From positions 23,097 through 54,646 of the forward strand of contig JBBTKA010000106.1 of assembly GCA_038059145.1 (NCBI GenBank): a stretch of DNA of 31,550 nt, written 5' to 3'. The position numbers were made by a program, and so were the translations under genes. Numbering within the stretch: position 1 is the first letter of the stretch; each line of letters starts with the position of its first letter. Positions 8,744 to 19,309 of the stretch are shown one piece after another. This stretch comes from Pseudomonadota bacterium (GTDB lineage Bacteria; Pseudomonadota; Gammaproteobacteria; Pseudomonadales; Pseudohongiellaceae). The notes under the pieces are model-generated. The model was not told where the DNA came from. It searched no databases and was given only the letters and a program-made list of their open reading frames with translations.

Positions 8744-8765
8744 TTACGCGGGTCCGACCCGCGCG
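8744..8765 (-). repeat. Right terminal inverted repeat plus target duplication; encodes the current dxs C-terminus and stop
   Basis: TTACGCGGGTCCGACC-CGCGCG; reverse complement CGCGCGGGTCGGACCCGCGTAA. Confidence 0.85.
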
Positions 8766-10633
8766 ACCCGCGCGCGGATGGCGGCGACGATGGAGGGGGA
8801 GTCCAGGCCGGCTTTGGCGAGGATGTCGGGGACTTTGCCGTGGCTCAGGAAGGCGTCGGGAAGCCCGAGGTTCAAAATCGCGACGCGATGGTCTTCGCGC
8901 AGCAGGAACTCGTTGATGGCTGAGCCGGCGCCGCCCATGACGGTGTTCTCTTCCAGTGTCACGATCAATCGATGTTGTCGTGCCATGTCTCCCGTCAATT
9001 CTTCATCTAGAGGCTTGATGAAGCGCATATCCACCACGGTCGCGTCCAGAATCTCTGCAACTTCCAGCGCAGTGGTCACCATGCTGCCGAACGCGAGAAT
9101 GGCAACATCCTTTCCACTTCTGCGTACCAGGCCTTTGCCGATTGGCAGCAACTCCATCTTTTGGTTGATTTTCACGCCTGGCCCTTTCCCGCGCGGATAG
9201 CGCACCGCCGCCGGACCTTGGTGACAATAACCGGTGTAGAGCATCTGCCGTGCTTCGTTTTCATTGCTCGGTGCCATGACCACCATATTGGGAATACAGC
9301 GCAGGAAGCTCAGGTCAAAACTGCCGGCGTGGGTAGGGCCATCTTCTCCTACCAGACCTGCGCGATCGATAGCAAAGAGCACATCAAGATTTTGCAGTGC
9401 AACATCGTGAATCAGTTGATCGTAGGCGCGTTGCAGAAATGTCGAGTAAATCGCCACCACGGGTTTCAGCCCGTCACACGCCATCCCGGCCGCCAGCGTC
9501 ACGGCGTGTTGTTCGGCGATGGCAACATCATGGAATTGGCGCGGATATTTTTCGGCGAACTGATCCATCCCCGAACCAGCACTCATTGCCGGTGTGATCG
9601 CTGCCAACAGAGGATGATCAACTGCCATGTCACACAGCCACTGTCCGAAGACAGCCGAGTAGGTCGGCGTTTCGGCCTTGCGCGTGGCAGGCAGAGGACG
9701 CTTGGCCTCGACCTTGTTCATCGCGTGCATGCCAAAGGGATCGCTTTCCGATGCCGTGTAACCCTTGCCCTTCTGCGTCACGACATGCAGCAACTGCGGA
9801 CCGCGCAGTTGTTTGATGTTGGCAAGCATGTCGATCAGCCCGAGCGTGTCATGTCCATCGACCAGACCGATGTAATTGAAGCCGATCTCTTCGAACAGAG
9901 TGCCAGGTGACACCATGCCTTTCATATATTCTTCGGCCCGATGCGCCGCTTTCAATGCGGGAGGAATGTGCGACAGAACTTTTTTGCCACCCGTCCGAAT
10001 AAAGTTATAGGGGCGGCTCGCCCACATACGGGCAAAGTAGCTCGACAACCCACCGACGTTTCTGGAGATGGACATGTTGTTGTCGTTGAGGATCACCAAC
10101 AGGTTTTCGTCGAAATCACCGGCATGATTGAGCGCCTCGAAGGCCATGCCTGCGGTCATGGCGCCATCGCCAATAATCGCCACCGTGTGGCGGTCGATCT
10201 GCTGCTCGCGTGCGGCGATCAGCATTCCGAGTGCAGCGCTGATCGATGTGCTGGAGTGTCCGACTCCGAAGCTGTCGTACTCGCTCTCCTCGCGACTCGG
10301 AAATGCCGCGAGACCGCCGGCCTGTCGCATCGTCAGCATGCGCTCGCGGCGGCCCGTAAGAATCTTGTGAGGATACGTCTGGTGGCCGACATCCCACACC
10401 AGGCGATCATGAGGGGTATTGAAGACATAATGCAGCGCAATGGTGAGTTCCACCACACCCAGTCCCGCCCCGAAGTGGCCGCCAGTCTGTCCGACAGAAT
10501 AGAGCAGGAATTTGCGCACTTCACGTGCAAGATCCTTGAACTGGGCGGGGTCGATTTTTTTCAGGTCGTCCGGACTTTGAATCTGGTCAAGCAGCGGGGT
10601 GTCAGGGCGGCTAAGGGGAATTTCGTCGAGCAT
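8744..10633 (-). CDS. dxs: 1-deoxy-D-xylulose-5-phosphate synthase
   Basis: [73 protein letters not shown] motifs; 629 aa. Confidence 0.98.
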   Translation of the reverse strand: MLDEIPLSRPDTPLLDQIQSPDDLKKIDPAQFKDLAREVRKFLLYSVGQTGGHFGAGLGVVELTIALHYVFNTPHDRLVWDVGHQTYPHKILTGRRERMLTMRQAGGLAAFPSREESEYDSFGVGHSSTSISAALGMLIAAREQQIDRHTVAIIGDGAMTAGMAFEALNHAGDFDENLLVILNDNNMSISRNVGGLSSYFARMWASRPYNFIRTGGKKVLSHIPPALKAAHRAEEYMKGMVSPGTLFEEIGFNYIGLVDGHDTLGLIDMLANIKQLRGPQLLHVVTQKGKGYTASESDPFGMHAMNKVEAKRPLPATRKAETPTYSAVFGQWLCDMAVDHPLLAAITPAMSAGSGMDQFAEKYPRQFHDVAIAEQHAVTLAAGMACDGLKPVVAIYSTFLQRAYDQLIHDVALQNLDVLFAIDRAGLVGEDGPTHAGSFDLSFLRCIPNMVVMAPSNENEARQMLYTGYCHQGPAAVRYPRGKGPGVKINQKMELLPIGKGLVRRSGKDVAILAFGSMVTTALEVAEILDATVVDMRFIKPLDEELTGDMARQHRLIVTLEENTVMGGAGSAINEFLLREDHRVAILNLGLPDAFLSHGKVPDILAKAGLDSPSIVAAIRARVARVGPA

Positions 10634-10741
10634 TTGGATGTGCTTACTCTTTATGAATCCGGGCTTGGAAAGGCGCCAGACCTTTGGGTTGGCGCTAACT
10701 TAATGGAATGACCTGACTGCGTCAATCAAGCGCAAAACGAG

Positions 10742-11671
10742 TCAACTCTTGCGCTCCACAATATAAAGTGCGATCTGCCGCAGGGCGTCCGCGTGGGCAT
10801 CGAAGTCCCGCAGTGCATCGACAGCGGAGTCGCACAGTTCACGCGCCTTGCTGGTCGCACCTTGCAGCCCCAGCAGGGAGACGTAGGTCGGCTTGTTCAG
10901 TGCCTGATCAGCCCCTTGCGTCTTGCCCAGCGTGGCGGTGTCGCTGATCACGTCGAGGATGTCATCCTGTACCTGAAAGGCCAGGCCTATGCAGCGGCTG
11001 TACTGCTGCAGCGCCGCCAATTGCGCAACGGTCGCCCGCTCCGTGCAAAGTGCGCCGAGCTGCACACTGGCGCTGATCAGGGCGCCGGTCTTGAGGCTGT
11101 GCATGTTTTCCAGCTGCTCCAGTGTCAGGGTATGCCCCATCGCGTCAAAATCGATGGATTGTCCTGCCACCATCCCCTCGTAGCCGGAAGCGGCCGCCAG
11201 CAGGTTGATCATGCGCAGGCTGGTGCTCTCGCTGACACTCGTATTCTGCGGGTCACTGAGCAGGCGAAAAGCCAGGCTCAGCAGCGCGTCTCCGGCCAAA
11301 ATCGCGGTGGCTTCGTTGAACGCGATGTGTACGGTTGGGATGCCACGGCGCAAGGCATCATCGTCCATGGCTGGCAGGTCGTCGTGTACCAAGGAGTAGC
11401 AGTGCACCAGTTCGACCGCGCAGGCGGCGCGGTCTGCTTTCGCGAGCTCTGCACCAAGCGCCTGCGCAGCGGCATACACCAGCAGTGGACGCACTCGCTT
11501 GCCGCCCTGCAGACTGGCGTACTGCATCGCGTTGCGCAACCCCGCAGCCGTGGGTGGCAAGGCTTCCAGGTGATCGCCAAGTGCCGCTTGAATGCGCTGC
11601 TGACACAGCTGCATGAAGTCCTTGAGGGCAAACGCAGAGGGGGCAGTAGTGCTGGTGAGAGGAGTGGTCAT
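10742..11671 (-). CDS. ispA: Farnesyl diphosphate synthase / geranyltranstransferase
   Basis: GGKRVRP, SLVHDDLPAMDDDALRRG, GQSID, KTGALI, FQVQDDILD, KPTY motifs. Confidence 0.96.
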   Translation of the reverse strand: MTTPLTSTTAPSAFALKDFMQLCQQRIQAALGDHLEALPPTAAGLRNAMQYASLQGGKRVRPLLVYAAAQALGAELAKADRAACAVELVHCYSLVHDDLPAMDDDALRRGIPTVHIAFNEATAILAGDALLSLAFRLLSDPQNTSVSESTSLRMINLLAAASGYEGMVAGQSIDFDAMGHTLTLEQLENMHSLKTGALISASVQLGALCTERATVAQLAALQQYSRCIGLAFQVQDDILDVISDTATLGKTQGADQALNKPTYVSLLGLQGATSKARELCDSAVDALRDFDAHADALRQIALYIVERKS

Positions 11672-11931
11672 TGTGCTTCACTGCCATCGACGGCATTGGC
11701 AGCATCGAAGCTGATGGGTTCGGGGCTGCCATTCTCGTCGATGAGTATCTGCACGGTCTGTTCAGCTTTCTGCAGCGCAGCCTGGCATTCGCGAGTCAGG
11801 CGTATGCCTTTCTCGAAGGCCTGCAGTGATTCTTCCAGGCTCAGCTCTCCCTCTTCCATGGCTGAGACCAGGCTCTCCAGGCTGGCCAGAGACTCCTCGA
11901 AGTTGAATACACTGTCTTTTTTCTTGCTCAT
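11668..11931 (-). CDS. xseB: Exodeoxyribonuclease VII small subunit
   Basis: FEESLASLESLVSAMEEGELSLEESLQAFEKGIRLTRECQAALQKAEQ; canonical xseB-ispA-dxs order. Confidence 0.96.
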   Translation of the reverse strand: MSKKKDSVFNFEESLASLESLVSAMEEGELSLEESLQAFEKGIRLTRECQAALQKAEQTVQILIDENGSPEPISFDAANAVDGSEAQ

Positions 11932-12019
11932 CTACCAGATTCCAGTCGCTTGCGCGGGCGGCCAATTATCGATTTTCTGCCCCGCAATAGCAATGCGCGG
12001 CGCCCAGCCGTGTTATTCG

Positions 12020-12048
12020 TTGACCCGCCACAGGGCAGGCAGTAATCT
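12020..12048 (+). promoter_or_regulatory. Possible sigma70 promoter for the 12135 gene
   Basis: TTGACC (12020-12025), 17 bp, TAATCT (12043-12048). Confidence 0.4.
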
Positions 12049-12134
12049 AGCCAGCGTTCGCTGCAGCCCCGGATTTTATTGGAAGAATTCCGCCTGTATG
12101 TCGATTCCGAATTGCCGATCGGCGGAGAAAAAAG

Positions 12135-12944
12135 TTGGAAGAAGTGAGTCAGGACAAGAAAATCCCCAGTGTGATAGAGGAACAGCATAAGGACTGGAGG
12201 ATATTGTTTGGCCTGATTCTGACGCTGGTCTGGCTGCTGCTGGCTGTCCTCTATATCTCCACGAATGTTGGCTGGAGTGATTTCATTTACCTGCCTATCG
12301 GTGAGATGGGGAATTTCCTGGAGGGTGCATTTGCCCCGCTGGCCTTCCTCTGGCTGGTCATCGGGTTGTTCATTCAGCAGAGTGTGCTGGCGGAAAACAA
12401 TCGCGAGTTGCGCCACAACAACGTGCAGTCCGAGAAGCAAACCATGGCGATCGCCGCCACGGAAATGAACGCGCGTCAGGAGACTTTCTTCAAGATTGCC
12501 GACAACACCCGGCGCCAGCTCGGCGGCATCAGTGGTTTATTGCTGCAGTCGAGCAAGGGTCCGCAGGGCGACGAGACTTATTCTGAAGCGGAATTCATGG
12601 AGATGTGGCACCTGTTTGCCACCGGTGACTTCGAGATTTTTTCGCGCAATTTCCTGGTGCTTTCCGGCAAGGGTGTGGATCTGCAATCATTGTTTTACGG
12701 CACGCAGATTCGCTGCACCCATACGGACAATTTCATCATGAACTTCGACCGCCTGCTGCGACTGGCCAAGGAGTGTGATACGAATGGCATTATCTCTGAT
12801 GCACAGTTACATTCCGCACACGGACTGCTGAGTTCGCGGATGCGGGAGTTGCATCCGCGTATCAAGTTCAAGCGTTATGAGGTGACTCGCTCCAGTTCCT
12901 ATCTGGAGCAGATCATCAAAAACAGCCAGGGACAGGCACAATAA
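12135..12944 (+). CDS. Hypothetical membrane protein (two N-terminal TM helices, coiled segment, soluble C-domain)
   Basis: 269 aa ORF, TTG start with GGAGA upstream; GNFLEGAFAPLAFLWLVIG..QQ..L..RQETFF motif. Confidence 0.8.
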   Translation: MEEVSQDKKIPSVIEEQHKDWRILFGLILTLVWLLLAVLYISTNVGWSDFIYLPIGEMGNFLEGAFAPLAFLWLVIGLFIQQSVLAENNRELRHNNVQSEKQTMAIAATEMNARQETFFKIADNTRRQLGGISGLLLQSSKGPQGDETYSEAEFMEMWHLFATGDFEIFSRNFLVLSGKGVDLQSLFYGTQIRCTHTDNFIMNFDRLLRLAKECDTNGIISDAQLHSAHGLLSSRMRELHPRIKFKRYEVTRSSSYLEQIIKNSQGQAQ

Positions 12945-12971
12945 AAACCACCTTCAGAAGGAGCAGGGCCG

Positions 12972-13355
12972 ATGGAGTATGTAGCATTGGTGATCGTAGC
13001 AGCGCTGCTGCAGTATTTTTACTTTGGAATCCTGGTGGGCAATGCGCGTGGCAAGTTCAATGTCGCCGCGCCGGCGATCACCGGGCATCCGGTGTTCGAG
13101 CGCTATTACCGTGTGCATCAGAATACTCTGGAAATGCTGGTGATCTTCATTCCCGCCATCGTGCTGTTCGGGTACTGGGTGCGCCCTGATCTTGGAGCGG
13201 GCATCGGTGCCGTTTATCTGGTGGGCAGGCTGGTGTATCTGCGGGCCTATGTTTCTGATCCGGGCACCCGCTCGCTGGGTTTCGGTTTGAGCATCCTCCC
13301 CACACTCATTCTATTGTTGGGTGGTGGCATCGCCGCGGTCTTCTCGCTGCTGTAG
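12972..13355 (+). CDS. MAPEG family membrane protein
   Basis: VGNARGKFNVAAPA, FERYYRVHQNTLE, YLVGRLVY motifs; AAGGAG RBS. Confidence 0.9.
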   Translation: MEYVALVIVAALLQYFYFGILVGNARGKFNVAAPAITGHPVFERYYRVHQNTLEMLVIFIPAIVLFGYWVRPDLGAGIGAVYLVGRLVYLRAYVSDPGTRSLGFGLSILPTLILLLGGGIAAVFSLL

Positions 13356-13982
13356 TTGATAATAGTTTTTTGCGAAAGTCTCCGGGCCCATCGCACGTAT
13401 CTGTTCGTCGATCAGACCATCCATAATTTGCAGCAGTGCCGAGTATTTATTCTCGGCGTTGCCTGCAAGTCTCTCCGCTGCACCCTCCAGAAAAGTCAGA
13501 GCATGCACAACCGCTTCCAGCGTGGAGAGCGCTTCGCTGTTTGGCTCCTTGCGGATGCGGTAACGGCTGGCTGGCGGTGATTCCAGATGGTAACGCGGCA
13601 ACGCCGCGAGCCACGCGGACTCCAGCAGCAGCCGTCGACTCTTGCGCCAGGTGGCATCAATAAAGAGCAGCCGCTGTGGTGGCAGTTCACGCAACACCGA
13701 GAGTGGTTGACTGTCCGCGCCGGGATAGATCAGCGCGACACCCTCCCCTGCAGCGAGCTCTGCCATTTCAGCCTGCATTGCCTCCGCGTTGCCGATGATC
13801 AACCTGCAATCGCTGAGTCCCAGTTGCGCGATGCGGGCGGTACCGAGCGCATGCCGACTTTCCTGCGGATGCTGCAGGATTGCGACGGGCCAAAGGTTAT
13901 GTAAGGCAGGGGACGGCAACAGTGCGCAGTAGCAGCGAAGCGAAGGACGCTGACAGCGCGGGCAACGTGCTCGGGGCGGCAT
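13311..13982 (-). CDS. tapT: tRNA-uridine aminocarboxypropyltransferase (DTW domain)
   Basis: RCPRC..CYC zinc motif, LQHPQE, IDATWRKSRRL, LSTLEAV; overlaps MAPEG 3' end by 45 bp. Confidence 0.85.
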   Translation of the reverse strand: MPPRARCPRCQRPSLRCYCALLPSPALHNLWPVAILQHPQESRHALGTARIAQLGLSDCRLIIGNAEAMQAEMAELAAGEGVALIYPGADSQPLSVLRELPPQRLLFIDATWRKSRRLLLESAWLAALPRYHLESPPASRYRIRKEPNSEALSTLEAVVHALTFLEGAAERLAGNAENKYSALLQIMDGLIDEQIRAMGPETFAKNYYQLQQREDRGDATTQQ

Positions 13983-13997
13983 GCGGGTTACCCTCCG

Positions 13998-15454
13998 TCA
14001 GCGCTTCCAGGGCGAACCGTTTTCTTCCGTGCCGGCATCCACATGCATGGAGCAGCGTCGAACCTTGAACTTCTGACCCTTGATGGGACGGCCTGCCAAT
14101 TGCTCCAGTGCTTCTTTCACCTGAGCGGTGGCAATCGCGACGTAACTGGCGTGATCCAGAATGTCGATCCTGCCGATGGCCGTGGCTGCGATAGCGCCTC
14201 CGGCTGTCAACGCGCCGAGCACATCCCCCGGACGGATCTTGTTCTTGCGACCACCTGCAATGCTCAGTGTCTGCCAGGAAGGCGGGGCCGGTTTGCCGCG
14301 CTCCTGTGGCACTACGGCAATGCTCTGGATGTCGGAGTCCGACAGTTGCTCCTGACGTGCCCGCAGCGCATCCACTCTGAACCTTTCGTTCTCGAAAAAG
14401 ACGCTCAACGACATGCCGGTGTTGCCGGCGCGTCCAGTGCGCCCGATGCGGTGTGTGTAGACTTCGAGGTCGCGGGGCAATTCGCAGTTGATGACCATCG
14501 GCAGTTGCTCGATGTCCAGTCCGCGCGCCGCGACGTCGGTAGCCACCAGAATCTGACAGCTCTGATGACGGAACTGAATCAGCACCTGATCGCGTTCACG
14601 CTGCTCCATGTCGCCGTGCAGCGGCATGGCACTCAGGCCCGCGTCCACAAGATAGCGAGCCGTCTCACGAGTCGCCTGTTTGGTATTGCAGAACACCAGG
14701 CATGATTCGGGTTTGAAATGCAGCAGCAGTCGCAACACGGCGGCATAACGACTTTCACCTGCCTCTGTGGCGCCGCAACTGTAGTAATGCTGGGCGATGC
14801 TGGCAGCCCCATGGCCTTCCTCGATTGTCACCCGACGAGCCCCTTTCTGGTACTTCGCGCTCAGGTTCTCGATGTCGTGTGGGAAAGTGGCCGAAAACAG
14901 CAGTGTCTGCCGTGTTGCCGGTGTCTGGTCGATGATCAGTTCGATGTCTTCGGAGAAGCCCATATCGAGCATGCGGTCGGCTTCGTCCAGCACGAGGGTG
15001 CTGACGCGGCTCAGGTTCAAGGTCTGCTTTTCTATGTGATCGCGAATTCGGCCGGGTGTGCCGATAACGATGTGCGCCCCGTGTTCGAGTGAACCGACCT
15101 GCGGCCCGAAGGCCTGTCCGCCACACAGCACCACGACCTTCAGATTGGGAAGGTAGCGCGCCAGGCGGCGAATCTCGGTGGCAACCTGGGTGGCCAGTTC
15201 GCGAGTCGGGCACAGGATCAGGGCCTGGGTGCCAAAGTCGCGCTGATTGATGCGGTTGAGCAGGGCGATGCCAAAGGCGGCAGTTTTGCCGCTGCCGGTG
15301 CGCGCCTGCACGATCAGATCGCCGCCCTGCAGTGCAATCGGCAGCGCCTGCGCTTGCACCGGAGTCATGCGCGTGTAACCCAGTGCCGTGAGGTTGTCGA
15401 CCTGCTCGGGAGGCAGGTTCAGCACGGTGAAGGCGTCGGTCACATGGGATTCGC

Positions 15455-15458
<4 letters not shown>
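13998..15458 (-). CDS. dbpA: ATP-dependent 23S rRNA DEAD-box helicase
   Basis: [32 protein letters not shown] and C-terminal DbpA RNA-binding domain ([17 protein letters not shown]). Confidence 0.93.
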
Positions 15459-17062
<1,604 letters not shown>

Positions 17063-17339
17063 AGTATTGTCCGTTCTTTACAGATGAGTGTTGCGGGTGA
17101 GAGTCACTGCAGAATTGCGGCAGTAGTGGCCCTGCAGGTGCTGCTGACACTGCGGAGGGCGTTATGGTTGTCTATTGCAGGCGCGCGGCATTATAAAGGA
17201 GGCGTGCTCAGGCGACTACTGCTTATTTCCCGGCAGCTTGTTAGACTCTCGATGTTAGACTCACGCCTGCAATTGCAGTATCTTGCCGCCGCCACGGGCC
17301 TTCTGCCCTGGCGCCGCATCAGTCATTCGGGGAACAGCG

Positions 17340-17744
17340 TTGAAAATCATAGTCCGCAATCTTGCTCGGGAAACGACACAGGCAGAGCTTCTCGCCCTGT
17401 TTCAGGCACAGGGGCGCGTGCAGTCCTGCACCGTCGTCATGGACGCAGTGACCGGCGGTTCCAAAGGGTTCGGATTCGTCAACATGCCCGTCCCGCATGA
17501 GGCCAAGGCTGCCATTCGCACTCTGAACAATCTCGAGCTTGGAGGCAGCCGTATTCGCGTCAAGAAGGCGCAGGAAGTTGCCGAGGTGACACCGGCTGCG
17601 CAAGACGAGTCCGCGGCAGCAGAGAGTTCCGCGGAGGCTGCAGCCCCGGGCGACGCAACGGCAGGTCGCGCCCGCACCAAGAAGGATGGCACACCGCTGG
17701 GATTCAAGAAGCCGCGTACCTTCAGCAAGAAGAAACAGGACTGA
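17340..17744 (+). CDS. RRM (RNP-1) RNA-binding protein with low-complexity, basic C-terminal tail
   Basis: KIIVRNL (RNP-2), SKGFGFVNM (RNP-1); TTG start at 17340 with GGGGA upstream. Confidence 0.88.
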   Translation: MKIIVRNLARETTQAELLALFQAQGRVQSCTVVMDAVTGGSKGFGFVNMPVPHEAKAAIRTLNNLELGGSRIRVKKAQEVAEVTPAAQDESAAAESSAEAAAPGDATAGRARTKKDGTPLGFKKPRTFSKKKQD

Positions 17745-17748
17745 TCGC

Positions 17749-18450
17749 TTGGCCGAACTCTCTGCCGCACACTCTGCCTCAAATCATGCCGCTGAGGACG
17801 CACTGTTTGCCCGCATTGCCGAGGATCTTCTGGCGAATTCCTGGAGTGTCGTTCCTGCCGCTCTGCCCCCCGCGTTGAGTGCCGCCCTGCAGCAGCAATT
17901 ACAGTCGACTGGCACAACAGGTTTCAGCCCTGCTGGCGTCGGGCGCGGAACTGACCACGCCATCGTTGCGCGGGTCCGGCGGGATGAAACTCTCTGGATC
18001 GACGGTGCAACTGACGCGGAACGCGAATGGCTGGGTTGGTCCGCACGTCTGCAGTCCTATTTGAACAGGCGTCTGTTTCTCGGGCTTTTCTCCTTTGAGA
18101 GCCACTTCGCGCACTACGCGCCGGGCGCCTTTTACCGCAAGCATCTGGACGCCTTCAAGGCGCCTGTGGATCAAGATGACGCTGCGGGAGACACGAGCAA
18201 CCGTGTCGTCTCACTGGTCGCCTACTTTAACTCGCAGTGGCAGCCCGACGAGGGCGGGGAACTGGTTCTGTATGCCCCGGATGGCAACACGGAGTTGGCG
18301 CGAGTGAGCCCGCTGCTGGGGACGCTGGTGGTCTTTCTGAGTGAGGATGTTCCACACGAGGTGCTACCGGCGCGACGGGATCGTTTCAGCATTGCTGGCT
18401 GGTATCGAGTTAACCAGACCCGCCACGGGCGCACGGATCCTCCACGCTAA
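17749..18450 (+). CDS. 2OG-Fe(II) oxygenase, prolyl-hydroxylase (PPHD/SM-20-like)
   Basis: YAPGAFYRKHLD (HxD), GGELVLY, VPHEVLPA, RFSIAGWY; start TTG 17749 inferred (ORF track 17686). Confidence 0.85.
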   Translation: MAELSAAHSASNHAAEDALFARIAEDLLANSWSVVPAALPPALSAALQQQLQSTGTTGFSPAGVGRGTDHAIVARVRRDETLWIDGATDAEREWLGWSARLQSYLNRRLFLGLFSFESHFAHYAPGAFYRKHLDAFKAPVDQDDAAGDTSNRVVSLVAYFNSQWQPDEGGELVLYAPDGNTELARVSPLLGTLVVFLSEDVPHEVLPARRDRFSIAGWYRVNQTRHGRTDPPR

Positions 18451-18606
18451 ATCCCCCCGTCTGAGCTAAATCGCCGGTTGGGGGTAAATCGACAGACAGA
18501 TGCATTGCGCGGTCAGTTGCCTCATGAATCCTGTGGCGGTGCCGACGGCAGCCGTGTTACTTTTCTACCCGCATTATTAACCACGTACCCCGGGGGGTTC
18601 TTCAAC

Positions 18607-18978
18607 ATGTTCAGCAATACAATTTCCAGAATTTCACGACTCACTATCGCGGCAGTCTTCACGCTGGGAGCTCAATTCGCCAGCGCAGATGTCAGCGGCA
18701 GCTGGGCCTTTGCCGTTGATGTCATGGGGCAGACCGGCAACGCCAGCGTGACCATGGCGCAAGGCGCCGACGGTGCTGTGACCGGGCACTATACCGGCCA
18801 GCTCGGCGATACAGATTTCACCGGTACGGCCACAGGGGATGATTTCCAGTTTACGCTGACGGGCGACGCCGGTTCGGTTGTTTATAAAGGCACATTGCAG
18901 GACGATGGCACAATCACCGGCACTGTGGACCTTGGCGGAATGGCTACCGGCACGTTTACCGGCAAGAAGTCAGGTTGA
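18607..18978 (+). CDS. Small exported beta-rich hypothetical protein
   Basis: Signal peptide ending ASA, DVSGSW start, Gly/Thr-rich beta-strand pattern; followed by terminator. Confidence 0.75.
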   Translation: MFSNTISRISRLTIAAVFTLGAQFASADVSGSWAFAVDVMGQTGNASVTMAQGADGAVTGHYTGQLGDTDFTGTATGDDFQFTLTGDAGSVVYKGTLQDDGTITGTVDLGGMATGTFTGKKSG

Positions 18979-19027
18979 TCGTTCTCCAACGTTTTCCGCT
19001 TTACCCGGACAAGAAGTAATCGACCTC

Positions 19028-19062
19028 GTGGCGGACTGATCTCCTCGGTCCGCCACTTTTTT
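19028..19062 (+). terminator. Rho-independent terminator
   Basis: GTGGCGGACTGA-TCTCC-TCGGTCCGCCAC followed by TTTTTT. Confidence 0.8.
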
Positions 19063-19309
19063 ATCCCTCCTTCTTTACCCGCTCTGCTTTACCTCTTTTG
19101 CCTATTCCTCCAGCGTGGAGCGCGATAGCAAGGCATCATCGGCCCGCCGAGCTGGCCCGTCGATGAAGTGGTTGCCGGCCTTGCGCGGAGGCGATAGTTC
19201 TGCTGCTCTTGACCCCGTTTGGTCAATGCAGCTTGCTTGATTCTCATGGCTTGACACTCCTTGCGACGAAGTGTTTATATCGGCCGACCAAATCCGGAGG
19301 TCCTGACAT

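Larger units (their letters stand above)
7813..8765 (+). mobile_element. IS-like element carrying a RAYT/Y1 transposase, with terminal inverted repeats and probable CGCGCG target duplication
   Basis: 22-bp inverted repeats 7813-7834 and 8744-8765 (21/22 identical) flank a single transposase ORF; removing the element restores an in-frame dxs stop. Confidence 0.8.

Noticed and set aside
10793-12190. Long plus-strand ORF (465 aa) and similar long antisense ORFs such as 16115..17500, 21379..22245, 22970..23761, 25485..26678, 30358..31335
   Set aside because: Shadow frames opposite well-supported genes in GC-rich DNA; no motifs of their own.
13998-14060. DbpA C-terminal extension after KFKVRR as a possible frameshift
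   Set aside because: Short extension ending just before tapT; all domains intact, no evidence of pseudogenisation.
18446-18490. Three (G/C)TAAATC motifs spaced 18-19 bp
   Set aside because: Too short and irregular for a CRISPR array or iteron set; no cas or rep genes.
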